A DNA stretch of 64,000 nt. Source: Antedon mediterranea (lineage: Eukaryota; Animalia; Echinodermata). Each line of letters opens with the position of its first letter. Within the stretch, counting starts at the first letter, position 1. Location of the stretch: contig NC_092670.1 in assembly GCF_964355755.1 (NCBI RefSeq), positions 27,018,795 to 27,082,794 of the forward strand, in the 5' to 3' direction. Of this stretch, positions 25,758 to 35,610 are shown piece after piece. A program made the translations under genes and the position numbers. Below the pieces are notes generated by a model. The model was not told the origin of the DNA, made no database searches, and saw nothing but the letters and a program-made list of their open reading frames with translations.

Positions 25758-26333
25758 TCTCCCTCCTAGGATTATTTAAAGTTTGTTTGGATGAGGGGTT
25801 TATCTATCGTTGCGTTACGATGTTTACAATGCTATAGATATTTATTTTATTAACTTTAAGCATGCTATTAATTCTCTTCTATATTCTAATTTCTATATTT
25901 TTTTTAAATGTCCTCTATATATCATTGTTCATAATGTTCAATCTCTTAGTTTTGGTGGTTGCTTGCAAATCCGTTTTGGTCTGTCGTGTATCGCTAATGG
26001 TGGTAATTTTCTTGTTTCCGTTTGGGGTTCTTGATCCTTGTTGATACTAGTAGTTAGTTCTTGTCTTGGTGTCTCTACGTTTTGTGGCGGTGGTGGATTT
26101 TCAGATAATTGTGGTTTGTTGTTTTCTTGTGTGGCTGGTGGTACTGGTTTCGGTTTATCTGGTTTGATATTTATTCTGTCTCTTGTATATTGTGATCCGG
26201 ATGCTGTTTGAACGGTATATTTTCTTGGTGAGTGTTGGGTGATTACGGTAGCTGGTGTCCATGTCGAATTTGGTTTCGTTTGGAATCTACATGGTTGTCC
26301 GATGTAGATTGATGTACTTGTGTCCGTAGGTTG

Positions 26334-29300
26334 TCATTCGTATGCGGCTGTTCTTTTTTGAAGGTTTTCTCCGTATTGTTTTGCTACGGAATTTGGTGTG
26401 TTATTTATGGCAGGTAGGTTGGTTTTGATATTCCGGTGTCCGAACATTAGTGTGAATGGGGACGGGATGTCTGTTGAAATCGGTGTGTCTCTAAGAACGC
26501 ATAGTATCTCGTTCATGTCTGTAAGTGTGCTCTTTTTTAGAAGTTGTTTTACAGTGGCAATGTTTCTTTCTGCTCTGCCATTTCCGGATTGGTGGTATGG
26601 TGCGCTTGTGGTATGAATTATTTCATGTTGTCTGCAATATTCTTCAAACTCACTGCTCACTAGCTGTGGCCCATTGTCAGACATCATCGTCTCTGGATAT
26701 CCGAACATTGAAAATGTTTGGTCTAGTTTTGTGTATACTGCCTTGCTATTTGTGCTGCTCAGCTTATCAACCCAGACGTATGCCGTGTAATAGTCGACAC
26801 ATATGAGAAAGTTTTGATTCTGGATTTCGAACAAGTCGATTCCGATACGCTGCATTGGCGTGTTGGCGTGTATTGGGATTATTGGTGGCTTCTTTTGATT
26901 TCTCTGGTATGTCTGACAGAGGTCACAATCCGTTATCATTTGCTCTATATCAGCGTTCAATCCAGGCCAATATAAGCTCTGTCTCGCACGGAGGCGGGTC
27001 TTCTCTATTCCTTGGTGCTGCTTATGCAGTATTCCAAGGAGTTTCTTTCTCATGGATGTTGGGATAACGATTCTTTGTCCTTTGATGACAATTCCATCAT
27101 ATATGGCCAGTTCTGATCGATGCTGCCAGTAGGCGTGCGTGAATTCGTTGCATTGGTTCTTTTGCGTTGGCCATCCCTCTACTATATATGGAATGAGTGC
27201 TTGTAGGACAGTGTCTGTTTTAGTTTTCTCTCTGATATTGTCGATGACAAAAGGTGCCATGTTTGTGACTTCATGGACTTGTACATTCATGTCAGGATAA
27301 GTGAAGGGTTCACCTTTGGTCTCGATGCATCTGGATAGACAGTCTGCTATAGGTACTTGTTTTCCTGGTACGTATTTTATCTTGCCATTATATCCTTGTA
27401 GTTGTAGCATTAGTCTTTGTAGACGCGTTGGCATTTTAGAGAGGTCTTTCTTTTGGATGCTTTCCAGTGGTTGGTGGTCTGTATGTATTGTGAAGTGTTT
27501 CCCAAACACATATGTTCTAAAATACTTCACAGACCATACCACTGCGAGTAGTTCCCTCTCGATGTTGCTATAATTTGATTCAGCATTTGTTAGTGACTTT
27601 GATGCATAGTGTACTGGTCGGTCATTTTGCATCAGTACGGCTCCAAGTCCCTTTTGAGATGCGTCACATTGGATCATTATCTCCTCTTTGCTATCGAAAT
27701 ACGCAAGTGTTGGGGCGTCTTGGATTCTCTTTTTTATTTTTGTTAGTGCATCGTCGTGTGTGTTTGTCCACTTGAAGACTGTGTCTTTCTGGAGAAGCCT
27801 TCTGATTGGATCGGTAAGTGGAGCTAGCTTTAAGAATTTTGACAAGTAATTTATGAGTCCTAGTAATGACATCAGTTCTTGTCTGTCGGTTGGGGCTTTC
27901 AATTTGCTTATTGCCTTAACCTTTGATGGGTCAGGCCGCATGCCCTCTTTGGATAACATATGTCCAAAGAATTTTACACTATCTTGTAGGTAACGACACT
28001 TTTCAGAATTTAGCTTGATGCCGCTTGTTCGACAGGTTCTGAATATGTCTGTGACTGCTTTGTCATGTTCTTGTCTTGTTTCGGCTGCTACCAATAAATC
28101 GTCTGCGATGCAATACACATTTGGAATATTTTGGAAGAGTGCATCCATTTCTCTTTGGAAGAGATCTTGTGAACTTGAAAGTCCAAATGCTAGTCGCTTA
28201 AAGCAGAATCTTCCATATATAGTGTTAAATGTCGTCAGTGCTTGACTGTCTTCATGTAGCGGGATATTCCAATAGCCACTACGTACATCAAATGTACTGA
28301 AATGTTGACATCCACTTAATCTAGGAAGTACCTCGTCGAGGGTTTGTGTGTAGTGATGAGGTCGCTGGATGTATTTATTTAGGTTTCTTGGGTCAAGACA
28401 GATTCTTAGTTTTTTATCTGGTTTTGTAACTAAGACTATGGAATTTACCCATTCTGTTGGCTCGTCCATCTGTCTGATAATGTCCAAGTCTAACAGTCTG
28501 TCCAGCTCTTTTCTCAGAGGTATTTTGAGTACATCCGGCATTTTGCGGACGGGATTCACCACAGGTGTAGCTTCATTTGATAGTTTAATTTTATAGGGTG
28601 TTTTCATACATCCTATGCCTGTGAAGATGTCCTTGTGTTGTTGGATTACTCGGATGGTGACTTCTTCGAACCCGTAATTTGTTGGGTCATCCGAGTCTTC
28701 TATTGTATTCTCCTGCGTGCGACGATACTGTTTCCCTTTGTTTGGGCGCTTTTGATTGTATTGTCGGTCCTGGGTCGTTTTGTTGAATTGTTTTGCTCTA
28801 CACTTCCTCGCCCAGTGATTGCTCTTGCCGCAATTTTTACATTCTTTTCCAAATGTGGGACATTGTCTGGACGGATGATCTGTACCGCAGTTGGAGCAGT
28901 TTTTGATCAGTTTTAATTGACTGTGGCGTTTACCATAGTTGGTGTTTTGTTTTATTTCCTCAACAGTGGTGCCAGTTTTTGAAACTCTTTGCAATTCGTT
29001 AAATTGTTTGTCGGCCGCTTCTTTGGACTGAATGTACTTGATAGCGTCGCTATGTGTGTAAGTCTTCGCTTGACGGAAGAGCTTTTTCTGTACATCTTCA
29101 GAGTTTGTGCCGAATTTGATTGCTTCAAGAATGTGCTGGTCGTGTTGCTCATCGGGGTATTCACACTCCTTTAATAGGATTTCCACGCGAGCAACATACG
29201 CATCTATGCTTTCCTTTTGTTTTTGTTTAAGGCTTTGAAAGTTCCAGCGGGCTAGATTAAAATTTGTTTTTGGTTGAATAAACGCTTCAAATTTTTCCCA

Positions 29301-29438
29301 GTGTTTCGGGAGGTTGTTTTTCTCTTGCTCAGTAAGAGACCATCCACGTCGGATTTTCATTGCCTTTTCTCCCATCCACAACATGACATAGCTAACATAA
29401 CAACATGACATAGCTAACATAACAACATGACATATCAC
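26334..29438 (-). CDS. Gag-Pol polyprotein (partial Gag, zinc knuckles, RT, RNase H, integrase; no protease)
   Basis: CKNCGKSNHWARKC knuckle; RT motifs LRICLDPRNLN, SGYWNI, IADD; RNase H CDAS, ERELLA, TDHQPL; integrase HKQH..CDLC, IDLF, SDNGPQ, GRAER. Confidence 0.95.
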   Translation of the reverse strand: MICHVVMLAMSCCYVSYVMLWMGEKAMKIRRGWSLTEQEKNNLPKHWEKFEAFIQPKTNFNLARWNFQSLKQKQKESIDAYVARVEILLKECEYPDEQHDQHILEAIKFGTNSEDVQKKLFRQAKTYTHSDAIKYIQSKEAADKQFNELQRVSKTGTTVEEIKQNTNYGKRHSQLKLIKNCSNCGTDHPSRQCPTFGKECKNCGKSNHWARKCRAKQFNKTTQDRQYNQKRPNKGKQYRRTQENTIEDSDDPTNYGFEEVTIRVIQQHKDIFTGIGCMKTPYKIKLSNEATPVVNPVRKMPDVLKIPLRKELDRLLDLDIIRQMDEPTEWVNSIVLVTKPDKKLRICLDPRNLNKYIQRPHHYTQTLDEVLPRLSGCQHFSTFDVRSGYWNIPLHEDSQALTTFNTIYGRFCFKRLAFGLSSSQDLFQREMDALFQNIPNVYCIADDLLVAAETRQEHDKAVTDIFRTCRTSGIKLNSEKCRYLQDSVKFFGHMLSKEGMRPDPSKVKAISKLKAPTDRQELMSLLGLINYLSKFLKLAPLTDPIRRLLQKDTVFKWTNTHDDALTKIKKRIQDAPTLAYFDSKEEIMIQCDASQKGLGAVLMQNDRPVHYASKSLTNAESNYSNIERELLAVVWSVKYFRTYVFGKHFTIHTDHQPLESIQKKDLSKMPTRLQRLMLQLQGYNGKIKYVPGKQVPIADCLSRCIETKGEPFTYPDMNVQVHEVTNMAPFVIDNIREKTKTDTVLQALIPYIVEGWPTQKNQCNEFTHAYWQHRSELAIYDGIVIKGQRIVIPTSMRKKLLGILHKQHQGIEKTRLRARQSLYWPGLNADIEQMITDCDLCQTYQRNQKKPPIIPIHANTPMQRIGIDLFEIQNQNFLICVDYYTAYVWVDKLSSTNSKAVYTKLDQTFSMFGYPETMMSDNGPQLVSSEFEEYCRQHEIIHTTSAPYHQSGNGRAERNIATVKQLLKKSTLTDMNEILCVLRDTPISTDIPSPFTLMFGHRNIKTNLPAINNTPNSVAKQYGENLQKRTAAYE

Positions 29439-29451
29439 GTCGGGGTCACCA
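29434..29451 (-). other. Primer-binding site complementary to the tRNA-Trp 3' end
   Basis: TGGTGACCCCGACGTGAT directly follows the 5' LTR; complement of the tRNA-Trp end ATCACGTCGGGGTCACCA. Confidence 0.9.
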
Positions 29452-29656
29452 TGTTATGTTATATATATCGATAATAAATGAAGAAACTCTCAAGTATAAT
29501 AAGAATAGTCTTTATTGTAAGAAGTCTGTAACTGAACTGTACAAAGTGATATCAGTAAGGTGGCTCGTGATTGGTTAATCTATATGGTATGACTATGGTG
29601 TCTTATTACTTTATACAGTATATAGGTCGCTATACTAAAGCAGTATTATTATAACA
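29452..29656 (-). repeat. 5' LTR of the Gypsy element
   Basis: Adjacent to the PBS; identical to the 3' LTR. Confidence 0.97.
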
Positions 29657-30104
29657 GTCATTGTTTTAGATCAAACACGTATGGAAACAAAGCTGTGTCT
29701 CGATCTATCCGGGTACCCATTTATACACCTGGGTGGCGAGAGGCAAAAATAAGTAAAGTATCTTGTCTAAGGATACAAGCATCAGAGATGTTTTTGTTTG
29801 GGTCAGAGACCCCCGGGCCCTATAATGTAATTATTTAAACATTTTTGTTCATTCTTTCAATGATACAAGTTTTTGTTGAAGTTTGTGTTTAAAGAAATCT
29901 TGAAAGAAAAAACTGTGTATCGAGTCTTTGTTTTCAAAAACCCTATATTGGACTTACAATACAATACAATACAATACAATACAAATCTTTCTTTATTCTG
30001 GAATAGCTCTTTCAATACACAAGTACTGGTCTCCCAAGAGGTCCAGATTTGGAAAAAAATACAAGAAAAAAGTAAAGCTATATTAAAACTATGTACAATA
30101 GAAG

Positions 30105-33100
30105 TTATACAAGATTTTTAAATTCAACTTGACTAAGTGTCTCATAATTTTTACGGATATGTACAGGAAGATTATTCCATAAGGTTGATGCTCTATAATT
30201 AAACATTCTCTTTCCATAAATATTGTTCCATGCTGGAACATTTAGAGTTTTAGTTGATTGACTTCTTGTATTTTTTGTGTGAAAAGTGTCCATAAATTTG
30301 AATAGATTTGCTAAATAAGATGGTGCTAAACCCTGTAGGCATTTAAATAACATAATTAATAAATAAATCATTTTCCCATCTGTCATGGACACTCTTCCAT
30401 TTTAGTGAGGACATCAATTCTGTTATAGGGGTGTACATATCAGCATAAAGAATGATTCTAGCTACTCTATTTTGAAGTACTTGAAGACGATTAACAAGTT
30501 CTAAGTTACAATTTGACCAAACATTACTACAGTAATCAAAACAGGGTAATACTATTGCATTAGCAAGTAGTCTTAAAGCAAAATTTGGAATATAATATCT
30601 TAATCTACGAATAATACCGATACGTTGTGATACTCTAGAAGCTACTTGTTCAACATGCTGTTTCCATGACATAAATGAATCAAATGTAAGTCCAAGATAT
30701 TTAAAATTGTCAACTCTTTCGACATCATTGCCATTAATAGAAACAGAAATATTATTGAATTTACTAAGTGATATTCTAGTTCCAAATAACATAAATTTTG
30801 TTTTCTTTATATTGAGGGTTAGTAAATTGTTATCAAACCAGGTAGTGAACTTACTAACATTTTGATTAATCATGTTCTGTAGAAGAACTGGATCAGATGA
30901 GGAACATAATATTGTTGTATCATCTGCATACATGATACATTTATTATTTATCACATCTGGTAAAGAATTAACATAAATTATAAAAAGCAATGGCCCAAGA
31001 ATTGACCCTTGTGGTATACCAACAGTAATAGGTTTAGAAAATGACAAAGATGATTTGATATTTACAACTTGTGATCTTCCTGATAAGTATGATATAAACC
31101 AATTTAAGGCATTACCATGCACACCGTATTGTTTTAATTTACTAAAAAGCAGATTATGATTTATGGTTTCAAAAGCCTTTTGCAAATCTAAAAAAATAGC
31201 AGCTGTAACATTACCTTCATTTATATTTTTTAGAATGTAGTCAGAAAAATCAATGAGTGTTGTATTAGTTGAATGGTTACGTCTAAAACCAGATTGACAA
31301 GGGTTTAAAATATTATTTTCCGACAAGTAGTAATAAAGTTTATTGTGTACTATTCTTTCAATTATCTTTGAAACTATAGGCAATACTGAAATTGGTCTGT
31401 AATTTCCAACATCAGATGTATCTCCTCCTTTGAACACTGGGGTAACTTTAGCAGTTTTCCATTTACAAGGAAATGTTGCTGTAATAAACGACAAGTTTAT
31501 TATGTAATTAAGTGAGTGACATACAATGGGACCAGCTAATTTTAAGAGCTTAACATCAAAACCATCCAAGCCTGAAGCTTTGTTATTTGAAAAGCTATTG
31601 ATTATATCATGGAGGTATTTTTTATACCTCCATGATTATATCAAATACACAATCAGGAGTTAAAATGTGAAAATCAAAATTGTTTAAAATAATGTTAGTA
31701 GGGTTAGTGTTAGTATTACAAGGTAGATTATGTTTCTTAGCAAGATTATTACCAATAGAAGAAAAATAATCATTAAATTTATTAGCTATTTCTTTATCAT
31801 TATTTGAGAGTCCACTACCAACCCGAACAGAGGAGATAGCTTGTTTTTTATCAGGAATAATTTTTTTAATGGTTTCCCACAATTTTTTAGAATTTGTGGT
31901 ATTTGCTGTTATAGCATCTGTACAAATTTTCTTTTTAAGTGATCTATTTAGTTTATTTGCTTGATTCCTCAAACTTTTTGCCTTATTCCAGTCTGCCTCA
32001 TCATTTGTTTTATGAGCTTTCTTAAAATAATAGTCTCTATCTTTTGTTAATTTTAGATATTGTTTAGTAATCCATTCAGGCATTGAAGTTTTTACTCTCT
32101 TAATTCTACGAGGTGCATGTTTATTGCAAGCATAATTAAATAAATTTGACCAAATATCCCAAGCTTTATCTACATCAGAACATTCCATGACTAAACTCCA
32201 ATCTTGTTTTTTAACAGAGTCAATGAAATCGTTCTCATTAAACTTTTTAAAAGACCTAGAATTTGTTGTTTTTGGTTGACCTTTTATTTTCTTATACTTG
32301 CGAATTAAGTAAATTAATGAATGGTCACTTATTCCAAGACTATAAACTCCTGATTCAGAATACTTCTTGAGATTTGAAACAAAAATAAGATCTAATATTG
32401 TTTTACTTGAATCGGTGATTCGTGTACTCTCATTAATTAATTGTTTTAAGTTACTATGATTTTCTAAATTCTTAATTTTAGTTTGATTTACCTTTTTGGA
32501 AATATCAAGGTTGAAATCTCCTAGTACAATTACTTCATCATATTCAGATGTATAATGTTGGAATAAACTATCAATGTCTGTTATGTAATCTATATTGGCA
32601 CTCGGGGGTCTGTAAACTGTTCCAACAAGAAAAGGCTTAGTATGTGGTAAATTAATTTCTATCCATAGACTTTCAACATTGTCAGCAATGTTATTTGTTA
32701 TTATTTTATGTACAATACACTCTTTATATAACACAAAATTCCACCTCCTATTTTGTTTTTCCTATCAAATCTACAAATATTATACCCATTTATAGTGAGC
32801 TCTGTGTTATCAATATTCTTATCAAGCCAACTTTCAGTTAAACATAGTATGTCAATGTTATTTTTATCTAAAAGTACATTAATTTGATCAACTTTGTTTC
32901 GCAGGCTTTGAACATTTAGATGCGTAATTTTAAGCCCTTTACCAAGATACAGATCATTGTTTATAGGATCATTAAGAAATGGTAATTCAGATACAGTATT
33001 TTTAATAAAGCAGGCGGAACACCACCAATTGTCAAAGTTATGTTTAACCATTACGCAGTTTACATGAAAATCTAATGTGCAACATTTACATGAAATATGT

Positions 33101-33170
33101 GATTCACATGATTTTATGTACTTTAAACAGTCGGCACATGTACCAACTGTTACACCTTTATTTGTTTGTT
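30105..33170 (-). pseudogene. LINE ORF2 with three frame disruptions (about 32730, 31608-31641 and about 30375)
   Basis: PHD finger CADC..CKCC..HVNC..WWCSAC; APE motifs HLNVQSL, LTESWL, VYRPP, GDFN, SDH; RT motifs NYRPIS, GIPQGSILGPLLF, YADDT. Confidence 0.92.
31608..31634. mobile_element. 27-bp palindromic insert with 7-bp TSD ATTATAT; probable DNA-transposon (P-element-type) excision footprint
   Basis: CATGGAGGTAT-TTTTT-ATACCTCCATG between ATTATAT (31601-31607) and ATTATAT (31635-31641); removing 34 bp restores VFDIINSFSNNKASGLDG. Confidence 0.7.
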
Positions 33171-33179
33171 GAGATTGCT

Positions 33180-35255
33180 TTATGTTTGCAGGATGTTGTA
33201 TGCAAGATCTCTTAAAAAAGCAATATAGTTCATTGCGATAAGTTTAATACCAGACCCATTCAAGTGAAGTCCATCCTTGGCAAGATGTTGTAGACTGATG
33301 TTTGAGTTGTCAATGAATGCCCAGTTGAGTGTACTGCACTTGTCATGTAGCCTAGCATTGAATTCCTTGACCCAAGCATATCTACCTGCGTTTTGATGCA
33401 TAATTAACGAAGAGATTGCAATATGGATAGATGTGTCGGCGTCCCTGATACAGTTACATAACAAAGTAATGAGTTTGATGCATTTCATCGGCATACAGTC
33501 ATTTGTGTTGTTTGTTCCACAATGTATAATAACGCTTGATGGGTTTTGCTCTTGTATTAACACAGGTGCTAATTTGATCCACATTTCCAGTTTGCTTCCT
33601 GGGATACAGCAGTTGATCACTCTCATACGACTAGACATTCTTCTCCCAACTAAATGTTTTGGAATAGAGTCACCGATTATGAGCACAGTTTGTTTTCTAC
33701 CACCATGTGATGTTTTAATTACTGGTTGAGGATGAGACGGGGGTGCTTCATTGTGACGGCTAGTCACTGCATCTGTTGATGGATCTTCACAATTCTGCAT
33801 ACACTGCTGAACATCAGATTGATCATTTGATGACGGTCTCAAAGGCATAGATTTTGAAGGCTTTGTTTCAGGTATATTCATCACTGTAGAAGTTTGTTTG
33901 ATTGGATAAGATTCTTCCATCTCAAGTGCACTGAATTGGTTACTAATTGGAATTGTAATAATGTCAGATTGCAATGGCACAGTTACTGTTTTACATTCAG
34001 ATGACCCAATACTACTGGTGGTTTGGGTTAATGATTGGCAGCATATAGTGTCTGTCTGGCAGCATTTGTTTGAGACTTCCACTTTGTTAGATATGTTTGT
34101 AGAATGCAATTTTGAGACTTCCACTTTGTTAGATATGTTTGTAGAATGCAATTTCTCCATCAGGAACATATTGTGCTTACACATCTCTTGAAACACAACA
34201 GATAATTGGGTAAAATTTGATCTCATATCTCTGAATTCTTCCAGCTGACTTTTCAAGTCATCTATTTTTGCTTCCAAAATATCAGTTGAAACACGTTGTT
34301 CAGTTGTTTGGGTTTGACTTTCCATCGATAGTACAGGAAAAACATGATTATTTGGTGAATCTTTCTTAAGAGTTAAATCATTATCATCATCTTGAAATGA
34401 AAGTGTATTAGTTGTCAACTTGTGGTTCTCAATAGCTGCTAAAATGGATTCATCGCTAAATCCATAGAAACTAGTTGATGGGTCTAGGTAACTATCAAAT
34501 AGATGATCAATTAGGCTCAAATTGGCCATGATTTCAGGACTTACCCACCTTAGTATATCCTGGTTAATCAAGGTTGGAAAGAGTGGTAAATGGGTTCTCG
34601 TTCTTAAAGCCTTCGCATCTATGCTATCTTGGCTGACGGTGATAACAGATATGAAACTCCTTAAGTAATTAAGAGGTCCTTTATACACATGGATAAAGAC
34701 GGTTTCAACGTTATTTACAAACATTACGTACTGTGTCCAGGTATGGAATCCATATCTCCAAGTTGTTTGGGTTTGACTTTCCATCGATAGTACAGGAAAA
34801 ACATGATTATTTGGTGAATCTTTCTTAAGAGTTAAATCATTATCATCATCTTGAAATGAAAGTGTATTAGTTGTCAACTTGTGGTTCTCAATAGCTGCTA
34901 AAATGGATTCATCGCTAAATCCATAGAAACTAGTTGATGGGTCTAGGTAACTATCAAATAGATGATCAATTAGGCTCAAATTGGCCATGATTTCAGGACT
35001 TACCCACCTTAGTATATCCTGGTTAATCAAGGTTGGAAAGAGTGGTAAATGGGTTCTCGTTCTTAAAGCCTTCGCATCTATGCTATCTTGGCTGACGGTG
35101 ATAACAGATATGAAACTCCTTAAGTAATTAAGAGGTCCTTTATACACATGGATAAAGACGGTTTCAACGTTATTTACAAACATTACGTACTGTGTCCAGG
35201 TATGGAATCCATATCTCCAAAAAGACATAAGCGCACTTGAAAGAGGAAACGTCAT
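33180..35255 (-). CDS. LINE ORF1 protein with coiled coil and C-terminal SGNH/GDSL esterase; N-terminal 153-codon block duplicated
   Basis: IIGDSI, HCGTNN and DGLHLN esterase blocks; the true start may be MANLS. Confidence 0.88.
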   Translation of the reverse strand: MTFPLSSALMSFWRYGFHTWTQYVMFVNNVETVFIHVYKGPLNYLRSFISVITVSQDSIDAKALRTRTHLPLFPTLINQDILRWVSPEIMANLSLIDHLFDSYLDPSTSFYGFSDESILAAIENHKLTTNTLSFQDDDNDLTLKKDSPNNHVFPVLSMESQTQTTWRYGFHTWTQYVMFVNNVETVFIHVYKGPLNYLRSFISVITVSQDSIDAKALRTRTHLPLFPTLINQDILRWVSPEIMANLSLIDHLFDSYLDPSTSFYGFSDESILAAIENHKLTTNTLSFQDDDNDLTLKKDSPNNHVFPVLSMESQTQTTEQRVSTDILEAKIDDLKSQLEEFRDMRSNFTQLSVVFQEMCKHNMFLMEKLHSTNISNKVEVSKLHSTNISNKVEVSNKCCQTDTICCQSLTQTTSSIGSSECKTVTVPLQSDIITIPISNQFSALEMEESYPIKQTSTVMNIPETKPSKSMPLRPSSNDQSDVQQCMQNCEDPSTDAVTSRHNEAPPSHPQPVIKTSHGGRKQTVLIIGDSIPKHLVGRRMSSRMRVINCCIPGSKLEMWIKLAPVLIQEQNPSSVIIHCGTNNTNDCMPMKCIKLITLLCNCIRDADTSIHIAISSLIMHQNAGRYAWVKEFNARLHDKCSTLNWAFIDNSNISLQHLAKDGLHLNGSGIKLIAMNYIAFLRDLAYNILQT
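34302..35219. repeat. 459-bp tandem duplication (2 copies, apparently identical)
   Basis: 34302-34760 repeats as 34761-35219; the ORF track shows the repeated 153-aa block. Confidence 0.95.
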
Positions 35256-35289
35256 GCGACAAAACTAATTCCAGCTATCTTATTCATAT

Positions 35290-35610
35290 GAAGATTGTTT
35301 AAAGTTTCTTGGCCTAACAACCCTGTATAACAAACGAATTCGTGGTGACTTGATTGAAAAATTCAACATTTTCAAAAGGTTTCGAGGGTGTAGGCAGGGA
35401 AGACTTCCTTCAAATGAGATGCAATCTAAGCAGAAATACACGAGGACATCAGCTTAGACTTTTCAAACCTAAATTTCACAAAGGACTGATAGGAGATCCA
35501 CTTTTTCACAATGAGTAATTATATATTTGAATAGTTTGCCAACCGAAGTCGTCATTTCTGAAACCACCAACACATTTAAAAACTGATTGAATTCGTTTTA
35601 GAAATGAGGT
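35290..35610 (+). mobile_element. CR1 LINE 3' fragment
   Basis: GLTTLYNKRIRGDLIEKFNIF..TRGHQLRL..NSLP..VV..TNTFKN, the typical CR1 ORF2 C-terminus. Confidence 0.75.

Larger units (their letters stand above)
25553..29656 (-). mobile_element. Ty3/Gypsy (Mag-like) LTR retrotransposon, 4104 bp, identical 205-bp LTRs, 5-bp TSD GTCAT, internally deleted
   Basis: LTRs 25553-25757 and 29452-29656 (TG...CA); GTCAT at 25548-25552 and 29657-29661; PBS and PPT present. Confidence 0.97.
25505..29790 (-). mobile_element. SINE fragment (CORE-like central motif) split by the Gypsy insertion
   Basis: Minus strand at 29710-29780 reads TCCTTAGACAAGATACTTTAC..TGCCTCTCGCCACCCAGGTGTATAAATGGGTACC, a motif common in invertebrate tRNA SINEs; tail-like sequence continues at 25505-25552. 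Confidence 0.55.
29956..35275 (-). mobile_element. Near full-length L2/CR1-group LINE (ORF1 esterase; ORF2 PHD-APE-RT) with (ATTGT)n tail
   Basis: (ACAAT)n at 29956-29984; ORF2 pieces 32701-33170, 31622-32734, 30343-31600, 30105-30392; ORF1 33180-35255. Confidence 0.93.

Noticed and set aside
26398-29174. Multiple short + strand ORFs within the Gypsy element
   Set aside because: Antisense shadows of the long gag-pol frame with no independent motifs
33205-33225. T-TTT-TTA slippery site for a -1 frameshift from LINE ORF1 into ORF2
   Set aside because: ORF2 is in the +1 frame, and the -1 frame reaches a stop within about 20 codons
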